Shown here: one piece after another, positions 24,211 to 35,817 of the stretch
How the letters are laid out: every line of letters begins with the position of its first letter
Numbering within the stretch: the stretch's first letter is position 1
Assembly (NCBI RefSeq): GCF_001194135.2
Contig: NC_069002.1
Coordinates: 5,796,612 to 5,844,689 of the forward strand
DNA from: Octopus bimaculoides
Taxonomy: Eukaryota
Reading direction: 5' to 3'
DNA length: 48,078 nucleotides
Notes under the pieces: generated by a model
Database searches by the model: none
The model's input: the letters and a program-made list of their open reading frames with translations, nothing else
What the model was told of the DNA's origin: nothing
Position numbers and translations under genes: made by a program

Positions 24211-26489
24211 AGAGAGAGACTTGTATTTACAGTAGGAATAAAAGAGTACTCATTACCATAACGATTATTAAATATGAGCAGGTAGATAGGATTTTAAAAT
24301 AATTTTAGTATCAAAATTAGAGAAATATATAAAGTAATTAAATTAGCAACTAGACGCTCTAATTACTTTTATTTTATTTATTTTCATCTTCAACAATTAT
24401 ATTGTTTAGTTGCATTCGCATACTTATTTTGCATTCATTTCCGTTTTTAGTGACTTAAACACATCGTGTTTAAAAAAAAAAAAAAAAAAAAGTGAAAATG
24501 GAATTAAGGGGAAAAATGACAAGATTTAAATTTTTTAAAAAGGGTGTCTAAACGGAAAAAAATTAATTCGAAGAAATATAGCATCCACTAAAGTTCAAAT
24601 CGCTTTTTAACTTTTACTATTATCAGTCATTGGACTGCGGCCCCAGTATTTATTCTGCCAAGCCTGTTACTTATTCTATCGGTGGTTTTTGCTGAATCGC
24701 TGGGTTACAGAGAAAAAAACAAACGAGCACCGGTTGTCAAGCGGTAGTAAGGGTCAAAGGTATACACACACATATATGTAATGTGTGTGTATTAGCTTCC
24801 TACAGTTTCTGTCTACCAAATCCACTCACAAGGTTTTGGTAGGCCCCGAAGCAAGAGTAGTAGTGTTTTAACGTGCCGCGTAGTGTAACTGAACCCGAAA
24901 CCATGTGGTTTGGTAACACGTTTCTTACCACACGACCATGCCTGATAAATAATGTGATAATGCCTCAAGAAGTTACTTCCAAATCGTGTTTCTCGTTTTA
25001 TTGTAAGTCATTATTCATTAATTAACCTTAAAATAATAATAATAAATATTTTATTTATTTGTTGTCATAAGGACGCTGGGTAAAAGAGACATTACAGGAA
25101 AATGAATTAACTTTTATTCGTTCCTATCGTAATATCTAAGTTTCAAAGACTCGGATTTCTAATACCATTTTTTACTCACGCACCACTACCATCACCAATT
25201 TTTTTAATTTTATTTTATTTCATAAATTCTTCATGGAGCTATTTTAAATGACAGCATTTATAGTTAAAGTAAGAAGACTGTTGGAAACTGTGAGAGAAAG
25301 AAAAAGAGAAGGACGAATATAGATAGATAGAGATAGATAGGTAGATAGATAGATAGATAGGTATATAGATAGATAGGTATATAGATAGATAGATAGATAG
25401 ATAGATAGGTATATAGATAGATAGGTAGGTAGGTATATAGATAGACAGATAGGTAGGTATATAGGTATATAGATAGATAGATAGGTATATAGATAGATAG
25501 ATAGATAGGTATATAGATAGATAGATAGATAGGTATATAGATAGATAGATAGATAGATAGGTATATAGATAGATAGGTAGGTAGGTATATAGATAGACAG
25601 ATAGGTAGGTATATAGCTAAATAGATAGATAGGTATATAGATAGATAGATAGGTATATAGATAGATAGATAGATAGATAGATAGGTATATAGATAGATAG
25701 ATAGATAGATAGGTATATAGATAGATAGATAGGTATATAGATAGATAGATAGATAGGTAGGTATATAGATAGATAGATAAATAGGTAGGTATATAGATAG
25801 ATAAGTAGGTATATAGATAGGTAGATATGCTGTAATTTAAGATTATATTCATTAACACGATGAATAAATAAACATACCGCATCTGAGAAATTCCTTCCTA
25901 GGAACCTGGTGAACCAGTTAGCGGTGCCGGCGAAATCCAAAATCTTTTTCTCCTTCGCTATTTCTCTCGCTCTCTCTGTGATCATATCCCGTGTTAATTC
26001 ATCTAGTTTATCGTTAGTATAGAAACTGTTGATCCAGCTGGCAAGTTCCCGGTCCATTTCCCGCACTCTGGTCAGTTGACGGGTTCCACGTCTCTTGGAA
26101 ATGGTCTCGCCCTTGCCAAGGGTTTTACCGTTAGTCTTGGTAGTGGTCGTGGTGGTTTTGGTCGTCCTCGTGTGGGTGGTAGAATTAGAAACATCGTCCG
26201 CGGAATTATCCCGTGTGGTTTTAACAGCAGAACTTTGATTGCTCACGTCGTTAAAGTCGGGGTTAACAGAAGTGAAAGACATGGGCGAAGACACCGAAAG
26301 TTCCAATTCCAATTCGGGTTCGGTTTCCAAATCGGGCGGTTCTTCGGCATCGACATAGTTCGATTTATCCGTCGTCGAATCCACATCTTTGTTGTTACTC
26401 GTTTGGTCTTCGTGTTCGGGTGTTTTGGATGACAGAGAATTGTTCATGGCACCGGTGTTCTTCAGTACCGTCGTCATATCTTTGGACAT
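21816..26489 (-). CDS. ARL14EP: ARL14 effector protein-like (ARF7EP C-terminal Cys-rich domain) with an N-terminal CENP-B/Tc5-type HTH; 3 exons, 318 aa from ATG 26489
   Basis: Exons 25878-26489 (donor GCG|GTATGT, phase 0), 22313-22434 (TTGCAG acceptor, AA|GTAAGC donor, phase 2) and 21816-22038 (TTTCAG acceptor, stop). Total 957 nt = 319 codons, all GT-AG, phases match. Exon 2-3 identity is strong; the exon 1 linkage is inferred from phase and position. Confidence 0.8.
22313..22434 (-). CDS. ARL14EP: ARL14EP-like exon 2
   Basis: SVSKQLKMLSFANPGKFMEDFDPERSAREMRKMNRRIYRE; the QLKxLxFxNPG..DFxPE motif precedes the Cys cluster in this family. Confidence 0.9.
22666..23005 (+). mobile_element. Family C SINE-like repeat ending in (GAT)n, with an internal 35-bp duplication (22666-22700 / 22781-22815, one mismatch)
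   Basis: Core GAGTGGTTGGCGTTAGGAAGGGCATCCAGCTGTAGAAAC...CATGGAAAGCAGACGTTAAACGATGATG; other copies at about 27690-28020, 30640-30790, 32220-32415, 33100-33210 and 38620-38715. Confidence 0.8.
23240..23535 (-). mobile_element. Family B SINE in ARL14EP intron 1
   Basis: Reverse complement of family B head and partial tail. Confidence 0.8.
24620..24945 (-). mobile_element. Diverged family B SINE in ARL14EP intron 1
   Basis: Reverse complement of family B tail and head. Confidence 0.75.
25318..25830. repeat. About 510-bp compound (GATA)/(GGTA)/(TATA) microsatellite next to the exon 1 donor
   Basis: Directly visible. Confidence 0.95.
25878..26489 (-). CDS. Putative exon 1: Ser/Thr/acidic low-complexity region, basic KRRGTR patch, CENP-B-type HTH (about 25890-26060)
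   Basis: Frame open for more than 250 codons. EMDRELASWINSF...LTRDMITERAREIAKEKKILDFAGTANWFTRFLGRN matches the HTH_Tnp_Tc5 pattern. ATG 26489 has A at -3. A canonical GTATGT donor follows the domain directly. Confidence 0.75.
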
Positions 26490-26513
26490 CGTCGGTGCTT
26501 TGATGCTCAAACC

Positions 26514-26548
<35 letters not shown>

Positions 26549-27309
26549 AACTACTGATGTTATTTTTTATTAGTGTTGCTGCTACTGATGACAACACAGC
26601 ATTTACTGTCTTTAATTGATATAAATCCTTTGTTCCACCGTCCTCCTTTCAAAGCGGCACAACTGCTGTCGCCGCCGACAGACGGCGCTCACTGTCATCC
26701 CATTCATTCATCCGTTTTTTTAAATTTTCAAATATCATTTTAATTCATTCCTCTTACTATATATATTTCTGTATGTATATACGTATATGAGAGACAGGCA
26801 GGAGTTCCCTCGGCATCAAGAAATTAAAACAAGCTTTATTAATTATATATTCTGTTTTTTAAAGTAGGGAAAACAAAGTTTCTTTTAACTGGTATGTTTA
26901 CTACAAATGAGATTATTAGAGACGTATGGGAAATGAAGCTGTTTCAAATGAACTGACAAAAAGTTTCTCACAACTCAAAACCTCATAAATCTCTCTTAGA
27001 TCTTTATCTCACTCTCTCTCTCCCTCACTCTATCTGTCTCTTTCTCTCTCCCTCTTTGTCTGCCTGTCTGTCTCTTTTTCTCACTATCACTTTCTCTTTC
27101 CCCCTCTGTCTGTCAGTCTCTCTCTCCTTCTTGCTCTCCCTCTATGTAGCTATCTTTCTCTCTCCCTCTCTGTCGGTCTGTTTCTCTGTCTCTCACTCTC
27201 ACTCTCTCTCTCCACCTCTGTCTGTCTGTCTTTCTCCCTATCTATCTATCTATCTATTTCTTTATCACTCTCTCACTCTCTTTCTCTCCCTATCTCCCCC
27301 ACCCCACCC

Positions 27310-28020
27310 CCAGGTATAGCTGTGCACTTAATAAACTCACTTTATAACCATTTAGTGTCAGGTTCTGTTCCACTGCATAACACTTTGGGGCACATATGTC
27401 TTCTTCTATAGCTCCAGGCTGATCAAAGACTTGAGAGTGAATTCGGTAGATGGAAACTGTGTGGAATCTCATCATGTATACACATATACACATCATCATC
27501 ATCATCATGTTAACGTCCATGTTCCATACTGGCTCAGGTTGGATGGTTTGATAAGGATCTGATGAGTCAGAGGACTGCCTCATACTCTAGTGTCTGCTTC
27601 GGCATAGTTCCTACTGTTGAGATCACCCTATGGCCCACAAGTCCACAATTCTAGGGAGGAAGGATGCTTCATCTGTATGGTTGGCGATATGCTGTGCTTG
27701 AGAGGACCCGTCCAACCAAGTGAAATCATAGTTGTGGCTGATGCTGGTGTCACATCAAAATCACCTTTTGAGTGTTGGGCCTCACGGAAGCAAAGTCACA
27801 CATGAAAAGCTCCTTTCAAGTGTAGGGACTCACCGGAGCAATGATGAATGATCGAGACCTTTGGCATTATATCGTGCTTGAGAAGAAGACCCATCAAGCC
27901 AAGTAAAATCACAGTCATGGCAGATACTGGTGTCACACAAATGGCACCCGTGCCGGTAGCACATATAAGCACCTATTACGCTCTTTGAGTGGTTGGCATT
28001 AGGAAGGGCATTCAGCAGTA
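27310..28020. mobile_element. Diverged family B head (+, about 27310-27480) and family C-related fragments between the two genes
   Basis: Similarity to the other copies. Confidence 0.65.
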
Positions 28021-28884
28021 GAGATTAGGTCACAACACACAATTGTATTTGGAACAGCTTAAAACAAAAAAAAATAAAACAAGAATTGTAAACAGTTTAA
28101 GTATTTTATTGAGTTTGAACAATACAAAATTAATCTTTAGAAAATCAACTTTTAACAACAAATGTGCATGTGTGTATATATATTTTATTAGAGGTTGGGT
28201 TAACCTCATGACGGGATGGTTTCATCCAAGGAAATATTGGTTCAATTATAGGTGTATATAAAAATATATATATATTGTATATATATATGTATGTATGGTA
28301 GAGTGTGCTTCTTCTTGTGGATTTATGTTTACTACAAACGATATATANNNNNNNNNNNNNNNNNNNNNNNNNNNNNNNNNNNNNNNNNNNNNNNNNNNNN
28401 NNNNNNNNNNNNNNNNNNNNNNNNNNNNNNNNNNNNNNNNNNNNNNNNNNNNNNNNNNNNNNNNNNNNNNNNNNNNNNNNNNNNNNNNNNNNNNNNNNNN
28501 NNNNNNNNNNNNNNNNNNNNNNNNNNNNNNNNNNNNNNNNNNNNNNNNNNNNNNNNNNNNNNNNNNNNNNNNNNNNNNNNNNNNNNNNNNNNNNNNNNNN
28601 NNNNNNNNNNNNNNNNNNNNNNNNNNNNNNNNNNNNNNNNNNNNNNNNNNNNNNNNNNNNNNNNNNNNNNNNNNNNNNNNNNNNNNNNNNNNNNNNNNNN
28701 NNNNNNNNNNNNNNNNNNNNNNNNNNNNNNNNNNNNNNNNNNNNNNNNNNNNNNNNNNNNNNNNNNNNNNNNNNNNNNNNNNNNNNNNNNNNNNNNNNNN
28801 NNNNNNNNNNNNNNNNNNNNNNNNNNNNNNNNNNNNNNNNATATATCCTTCCTGTCTTTTTTCATCTTCCGTCTATAGTTGGTT

Positions 28885-29004
28885 TTAGCTGGACACACTT
28901 AATTTGGGGCATTTTTCGTATGATTTGACAACATTGTAGAAACTTCTCCAAACACTTGAGTCTTTGAAACAAACGGTGCCGCCAGCTCGTTCCTCTTGAT
29001 GTTC
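28885..29004 (-). CDS. DNASE2: DNase II exon 8
   Basis: [39 protein letters not shown]. Confidence 0.92.
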   Translation of the reverse strand, partial: EHQEERAGGTVCFKDSSVWRSFYNVVKSYEKCPKLSVSS

Positions 29005-29316
29005 CTGCAAAATTACGTAATTGAATAATTATATTTATAGATATAATTAGCAGCATGTCTCCATCTCTCTCTCCTCCCCTACCCCCACCCCCATCCTCAT
29101 GACATGCACATCGAAAGCAATTAGTTCACTCAGTACATCCTGTACATTTGAATTTCATAGGAAAACTAGGCAAAAAGTGTGCTTCCCAACCACCTGGTTC
29201 CAGGTTCAGTCCCACTGCACGGCACCTTAGTTAAGTGTCTTCTACTATATAGCCTCAGGCCGACTAAAGCCTTGTGAATGGATTTAGTGGACGGAAACTA
29301 AAAGAAGCCTGTCGTA

Positions 29317-29348
<32 letters not shown>

Positions 29349-29393
29349 ATTAGGGATAAAAATCCAAATTTACAGGTAAATTCNNNNNNNNNN

Positions 29394-29427
<34 letters not shown>

Positions 29428-32156
29428 AATATCTATGTTTGTGTGTGTCTGTGTTTGTCCCCACCCCCATCACTTGACAACTGATATTGGTGTGTTTATA
29501 TCCCCGTAACTTAGTGGCTTGGCAAAAGAAACCGATAGGATAAGCGCTAGGCTTACAAAGAATAAATCCTGGGGTTGATTTCTTTGACTAAAAAGCCTTT
29601 TAAGGCGGTGCTCCAGCATGGCCGCTATCAAATGACTGAAACAAGTAAAAGAATAAAAGAATAAAGATATAACAGAATTTTTTTAAACATCAAATGGCTA
29701 TTAGGTGTCCACTCAAATAAAAGGAGAACCAAAGGGATCCATAGGCAAAAAATAGTTAAGACCCGCTGAAGTAAACTGATATTATCAAAATATGACCCAC
29801 TGAAATAATTACCGTATCTTAACGTGTATAAGGAATCCTCTAATATTTGGGGCTTAGAATTTGGAAAAAAGGTTTTGTAAGGGATTATAATACTATCCAT
29901 GTATAAGAAACTCCCATGTTTTTTAACCTAATTTTTGACAAAAAAAAGGATTCCTTAAGCACATTAAAATACGGTAATTCCAGTTGATTATTAATTGTCA
30001 TTACCTGTCTGTTGATGTCTCCAATACAAACGATGTATTTAGAAGCCCCTTTTACAGTGATGGCCCATTTTGAATGGTCCCGTGTTTGTGCAAACGATGA
30101 TGTGTGGATCCCAATAGATCGGACATTAAACACCTAAAAATACAAAATAAATTGAAGTGTGATGTTTTAGCGATTAAACTACAAAGCATTTATGTTTGAT
30201 ACTTCAAAGAAAGTAAGCGTGAACATGTGTGAATATATAAATGTGGATATAAAAAGGGTAAAGGCCTAGAAAGTTCCCCTCTGAGGTACAAGTCTGGGCA
30301 AGGTTGTTTATGGAAGACCAGCAGTTGCCCATACATAACAGCCTCCCCTCTTCACACTAACAATGTTATCCAAAGGAAAGGCAAAGGCTGATACAGCTTG
30401 GCACCAATGATGTCATAACTCCTGTCTACAGCTTTGAATCAATAAGAAAAATGAATCAATAAGCTTTCCTACCTGATATTTTCCATGACAGAATGAAGAT
30501 AGTTTGCCCCGTCCATTTTGCCATGACTCAACCAGCAAACTACTACCGAGTGCTGGCGCCAACCAAGATGAGTAAAGGTCTGTAAAGAAGATGGAAACAT
30601 TGAAAAAACAAAATGGAATATTGACAACAATCACAGAGTCAACATCATCATTAGTATCATCAATGCCAAGACCCATCGAGCCAAGCAAAATCATAGTTGT
30701 GGCAAATACTGGTGCCATGCAAATTGGCACCGATGCAGTGCCACGTGAGAGCACCCAACACACTCTGTAAAATGGTTGGCATTAGAAACCAAGCAATTAG
30801 GAAGCCTGTGCCTACACCAATTCCTGTGCCTACACCAATACCTGCGCCTATTGTAAATAAATGCATAAATAAATAAATATATAGATACAAAAAAAAATAA
30901 ATATATAAGTGTGTCTTTTACTTACCTAAATCAAACTTTGAAAATTTAGCGAAACTGACGAACTTTTTGCCAGCTTTAGAAGTCAGAACTTGAGTATGAT
31001 TCCAAGGTGGATAAGAGACTTTGGAACGGTGCAAGACCACTGCAGCCATATCAGGGTTATCCATTACCATTGTTTGTGGGAAGCTTTTGTCGTATATCTG
31101 GGGATAGTTATACTTCAGCTGTTTTCCTAGAAATATGAAAGAAAATTTTTTCTTTAATTATAGACAGACAGACACATGTATGATGTTTGTGTGTGTACTA
31201 TATATATGTATATATACTGTTCTCTTCCCCTATCATTTTCTCTCTCATCCTTTCTCTAATTCCTGTTTTTTTCTCCCCTTCACCATTTTCTATCTGTCTC
31301 TCTCGCTTTCCCACTTTCTCCTTTACTCTCTCTCTCGTTGCTCACACGTGACCATCGTCCATCTTTCTTTTCCTCATGTGATAATATTTTTTTCCTTCAG
31401 GACAATTGTAAAGACTGCACGTATCCTGTCTATCTCTCTCTTCTATCTTTTCTCTTGTCAAAGAAAATATTTTTCCAGCATTCGCTATTTTAACTTCGTC
31501 TGGTCTAACGACCTTCCATGTTTGCTTTCATTCGGCTTTCTTGTATGTCCCCACTGTCCTGTTTTTGGTATCAACTTTGACCCTCCATGAATCCCAAATA
31601 ATAAGGCACTAAAAGAGAATAACTCTTCCCAGGGACAACAAAATAAACAAAAATTTGTATATTTACCAATTTTATTCATTTCTTTATAAGGGTATGTTAC
31701 ACATAGGAAAGTCTGACCAAAGTAGTGACCATTATCTGGCCATTGATAGCCAGAGTGTCTATAATCTGGGAATTTTGGTGTACTGTGAATTAACCAGAAT
31801 CCAGACTGCTTGTCAAATGCTATCACACCTTGAAATAAGAGTAAAAAAAATAAAATTAATTATTATGGATGTATGTTTGTGTGTGTATATATTTATATAC
31901 ATACATACATACATATCGTTTAAATTTGTTTATTGTAATATTTTGAATATGCAAATAAAGCTCCTATTCCATTATGCTAGTGACCTAGGTATATATATGC
32001 ATGTATTTGAAATTTACAGAAAAACAAAAGATGAAGACAGGTGTATAAAGAACTAGCAGGTGTATTAGCTTGACACTCAAATGTATGTGTACATATATAT
32101 GTATATATATATATATATATATACATATATAAATACATATATATACACACACACAT

Positions 32157-32210
<54 letters not shown>

Positions 32211-33054
32211 ATACAAATGTAAACGCACCCACTACACTCTCTGAGTGGTTGGCGTTAGGAAGGGCATCCAGCTGTAGAAACTCTGCCAAATCAGATTGGA
32301 GCCTGGTGTAGCCATCTGGTTTCACCAGTCCTCAGTCAAATCTTCCAACCCATGCTAGCATGGAAAGCGGATGTTAAACGACGACGATGATGATGATGAT
32401 GATGATGATGATGATATACATATACAGTAAAATACCCATACTTGCTGCTATTTTCACGCCTGCATTGCATTTTGAAATACTATTTTCTTGTCTGTATGAT
32501 ACCCAAGGTATTACAAAGAGTAATTAAACATGAACTCACAAGCTCTAACAACAACAACAACCGCGCTTACAACACTTGCAATAAGCTACATAAAGGATAA
32601 CATCTACCTTTCGTATGTCCGTATGATTCAGTGGCCGAATGTGTGTCCGGTTTCTCATCATTGTACATCACATACATGAAACTCTGCAATAGAAAGTGAA
32701 AATGGAAACAACAGATAAATACCTGAAACCACAAATCAGTGCCTCTGTATATCTCGGTATATCTCGTCAAAACCATCGATTGGCATCTGAAGAATTCCTT
32801 ATCAAAGTAGGGAGGTATATATATATTTTTATAATATTATCTCATGAACATATACCCAGGTGTAGTTGTGTGGTTAAGAAGTTTTTTTCCCAATCATGTG
32901 GTCTAGGGTTCAATCCCCCAGCACAACACTTTAGGCAATTGTCTTCTACTCTAGCCCTGAGCTGACCAAGTCCATTCAAATGGACTTGGTGGATGAAAAC
33001 TACGTGGACGCCTGCTGTGTGTATGTATATATATCATCATCATCTCTTAACATC

Positions 33055-33097
<43 letters not shown>

Positions 33098-35817
33098 AAT
33101 TAGATTGGAGCCTGGTGTTGCCATCCGGTTTCACCAGTCCTCAATCAAATCGTCAACCCATGCTAGCATGGAAAGCGGACGTTAAACGATGATGATGATG
33201 ATGATGATATATATGTATATATGTAGGCGCAGGAGTGGCTGTGTGGCAAGTAGCTTGCCACACAAAGGTCAACAGGGTCAGAACTGACCAGGGTTAACAA
33301 CAACAACCACAACAACAACCTCATACATTCTATGCAAAAACTTATGACATACACCAAAACCATAAATATAACTCACCCCTTTCGTTGAATTTTCATATAT
33401 TGGTCGTAACGTGTAATAAATTGGTTGTTTTTTGGAATCGATGTTGTGTGGTGAATATTTCCAAGACTTCGCATTGGCATCCATGTAATAGAACTCAGTT
33501 CCAACGACAGATGTGTGATGAGGAAGTTTGTATGCAATAAACCTGAAAAAATTTCATACATGTCTGTATAATGGGTTTTTATTTGCAAACATAGCAAACC
33601 CACTTGCTAACTGTAAACTATAAAATAACTTTTTGCAACTTATTAAACCTCAATATTCTTTTATTCTTTTACTTGTTTCAGTCATTTGACTGCGGCCATG
33701 CTGGAGCACCGCCTTTAATCGAGCAAATCGATCCCAGGATTTATATCTTTGTAAGCCTAGTACTTATTCTGTCAGTCTCTCTTGCCGAACCACTAAGTGA
33801 CAGGGACATAAACACACCAGCATCTGTTGTCAAGCGATGTTGGGGAGACAAACACAGATACATAAACATGTATATATATATATATATATATATATNNNNN
33901 NNNNNNNNNNNNNNNNNNNNNNNNNNNNNNNNNNNNNNNNNNNNNNNNNNNNNNNNNNNNNNNNNNNNNNNNNNNNNNNNNNNNNNNNNNNNNNNNNNNN
34001 NNNNNNNNNNNNNNNNNNNNNNNNNNNNNNNNNNNNNNNNNNNNNNNNNNNNNNNNNNNNNNNNNNNNNNNNNNNNNNNNNNNNNNNNNNNNNNNNNNNN
34101 NNNNNNNNNNNNNNNNNNNNNNNNNNNNNNNNNNNNNNNNNNNNNNNNNNNNNNNNNNNNNNNNNNNNNNNNNNNNNNNNNNNNNNNNNNNNNNNNNNNN
34201 NNNNNNNNNNNNNNNNNNNNATACGATGGGCTTCTTTCAATTGTCCAGAATCTCACTGGCAAGGAACCAATGTGAAATGGGTTGAAACGACTGTTGTGAT
34301 TAATCAAGAATCTTGTGAATTTCATTTTCCCTTTCTTTCATTTGTTATATATTCAACAGACATGAAGGAATTCCTGCAGTAAATCTGTTGATGACATCAG
34401 GTAGCCAAAGACAGTGAATGTGCTTTGAAGATGTACTCTGTAAAAATGTAATTAGTGTGTAATCTGCAATAAATTCATCACTAACAGAATAAGATTTCTT
34501 GGTTGCAGTAATACAAATAAATGAGAAATAAACTTTTCTTTTCTAATCATTTTTTTTCTTCCTTCTCATGTTTTATATCTAGATTTTTTAAAGTACATCT
34601 GTTGTTTTATTTTTTATTTTTATTTTATGCTGCTCACTGGCTATCAATAGATAACAAGGATAAGCACACTATGTGTGTGTGTGTGTGTGTGTGTGATACA
34701 AGGAAGATGAAATAATAAGAAAACAGAAGTTTATTCCTTGGTCTTGTGTACTACTATGACCAAGAAGTCTTATTCTATTAACGAAGTATTTGTTAACGAT
34801 TACATACACCCTTGTACTGAAGAGGGTTGCTGCTGGAGTGCCATATGTGTGGAAGCAGGATTTGACTCCTTGCTATCCATCTGGAAAGAATAAGTGGTTC
34901 CTGGAGAATTTCAACAATTTCACTGGTCCTAATTTCTGGCCTCTTAACTCTCCCCTTTGTAATCTTATGGATTACTATATGTGGGATACGGTTGAGAAAG
35001 CCTTATATACATTTCATCCAAAAACTCTCCAAAATTGTATGTTTGAAAGAAAGCTCAATACATTACATTTTGTATTCTAAATATAACTCAAAGAGGAGAA
35101 AAAAGGAAAAAAAGGGAAAAGAAAGAAGGGAAGAGAGAAATAAAGCAAAAAAAACTTTCAGAGATGACCACACTGCACCTTTTTTTTTTTTTTTTTTAAG
35201 AGGTCACCATCCTTAAACTCATTCTAATACAATAGTAAATGACTAAATAATTAAATGAATGATGAATAGGAAGTGGGGAATCACAAGCAAACTTCTCAAC
35301 CACACAGTCATTCTTGCACCTAATGTGTGTGTGTGTGTTTAAATTTGTTGTTATATCAAGTATTGTGTTCCACTATGTCTCAAAGTTCATCAAGCAGAGA
35401 TGAACTATATCGTAATTTAGCCACACTTTTTTATTAAAGCCGAAAAAAAAAAGTCTTCACAAACTGTTCCACTTTGTTACCATTTACCGTTCGTCGGACA
35501 GATGTGATCATATCAAAATAAAAATCGTAATGGTACATGTAATGTAATTATCACTTCTTCTCGATAGTACGTGTGTCCTGTACCTTTTAACCGGTAAATA
35601 AGCATAACGTGACCACAACTCAATCTCATCAACCATTCATCCGAAGCATATATATATATATATATATTTTATATTTTACTTACCAGTCGACCGGTTTGTT
35701 ATTGAGATCCATGCACCCAACCGAAGAAACGGTGCAAGTTACTTCACAGACTTGCAGGCAAATGAAGAATAAAGCCAAATGACGCAAGGTACTTTCTATC
35801 TTCAGTGACAACATCAT
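28885..35817 (-). CDS. DNASE2: Deoxyribonuclease II (acid DNase, plancitoxin-like family); 8 exons, 364 aa
   Basis: Exons 35684-35817, 33377-33542, 32608-32683, 31667-31828, 30926-31126, 30473-30579, 30005-30133 and 28885-29004. Total 1095 nt, all GT-AG, phases 2,0,1,1,1,0,0 consistent. Hydrophobic N-terminal signal-like segment. Motifs [50 protein letters not shown] and RAGGTVC. Confidence 0.95.
29160..29660 (+). mobile_element. Family B SINE (head, microsatellite spacer, full tail) in DNase II intron 7
   Basis: Matches 38961-39345. Confidence 0.85.
30005..30133 (-). CDS. DNASE2: DNase II exon 7 (second HxK motif)
   Basis: [43 protein letters not shown]. Confidence 0.95.
30270..30440. mobile_element. 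Family D dispersed repeat fragment (related copy about 39640-39780)
   Basis: Shared GATACAGCTTGGCACCA(A/G)TGA...TCTACAGCT segment at both loci. Confidence 0.6.
30473..30579 (-). CDS. DNASE2: DNase II exon 6
   Basis: [36 protein letters not shown]. Confidence 0.92.
30926..31126 (-). CDS. DNASE2: DNase II exon 5 (not in the supplied ORF track)
   Basis: [67 protein letters not shown]; TTCTAG acceptor, GTAAGT donor. Confidence 0.92.
31667..31828 (-). CDS. DNASE2: DNase II exon 4
   Basis: [53 protein letters not shown]. Confidence 0.95.
32608..32683 (-). CDS. DNASE2: DNase II exon 3 (first HxK motif)
   Basis: [25 protein letters not shown](G). Confidence 0.92.
32850..33020 (+). mobile_element. 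Diverged family B head in DNase II intron 2
   Basis: GTTGTGTGGTTAAG...GGTTCAATCCC...CTACTCTAGCCC. Confidence 0.7.
33377..33542 (-). CDS. DNASE2: DNase II exon 2
   Basis: [55 protein letters not shown]; TTTCAG acceptor, GTGAGT donor. Confidence 0.92.
33665..33860 (-). mobile_element. Family B SINE tail in DNase II intron 1
   Basis: Reverse complement of the family B tail. Confidence 0.85.
34790..35010 (+). pseudogene. Tc1/mariner superfamily (maT/DD37D-like) transposase fragment
   Basis: [55 protein letters not shown] matches the WQQDSAPxH...WPPNSPDxNPMDYYVW segment. Confidence 0.7.
35684..35817 (-). CDS. DNASE2: DNase II exon 1
   Basis: [44 protein letters not shown](W); donor TG|GTAAGT. 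Confidence 0.9.

Noticed and set aside
25244-25877. YLSI-repeat ORF and the YLSI tail of the 326-aa ORF 25617-26597
   Set aside because: (GATA)n microsatellite in intron 1; the real exon ends at the GTATGT donor at 25877.
26076-26432. Plus-strand Gly/Arg-rich 118-aa ORF
   Set aside because: Antisense shadow of the HTH-containing exon.
27559-27580. CTGATGA-GTC-AGAG-GAC hammerhead-like start (also TCATCAG at 467-473)
   Set aside because: No GAAA follows the stem in either case.
30805-30850. 18-bp triplication CCTGTGCCTACACCAAT(T/A)
   Set aside because: Short intronic slippage repeat related to a SINE head end; no sign of function.
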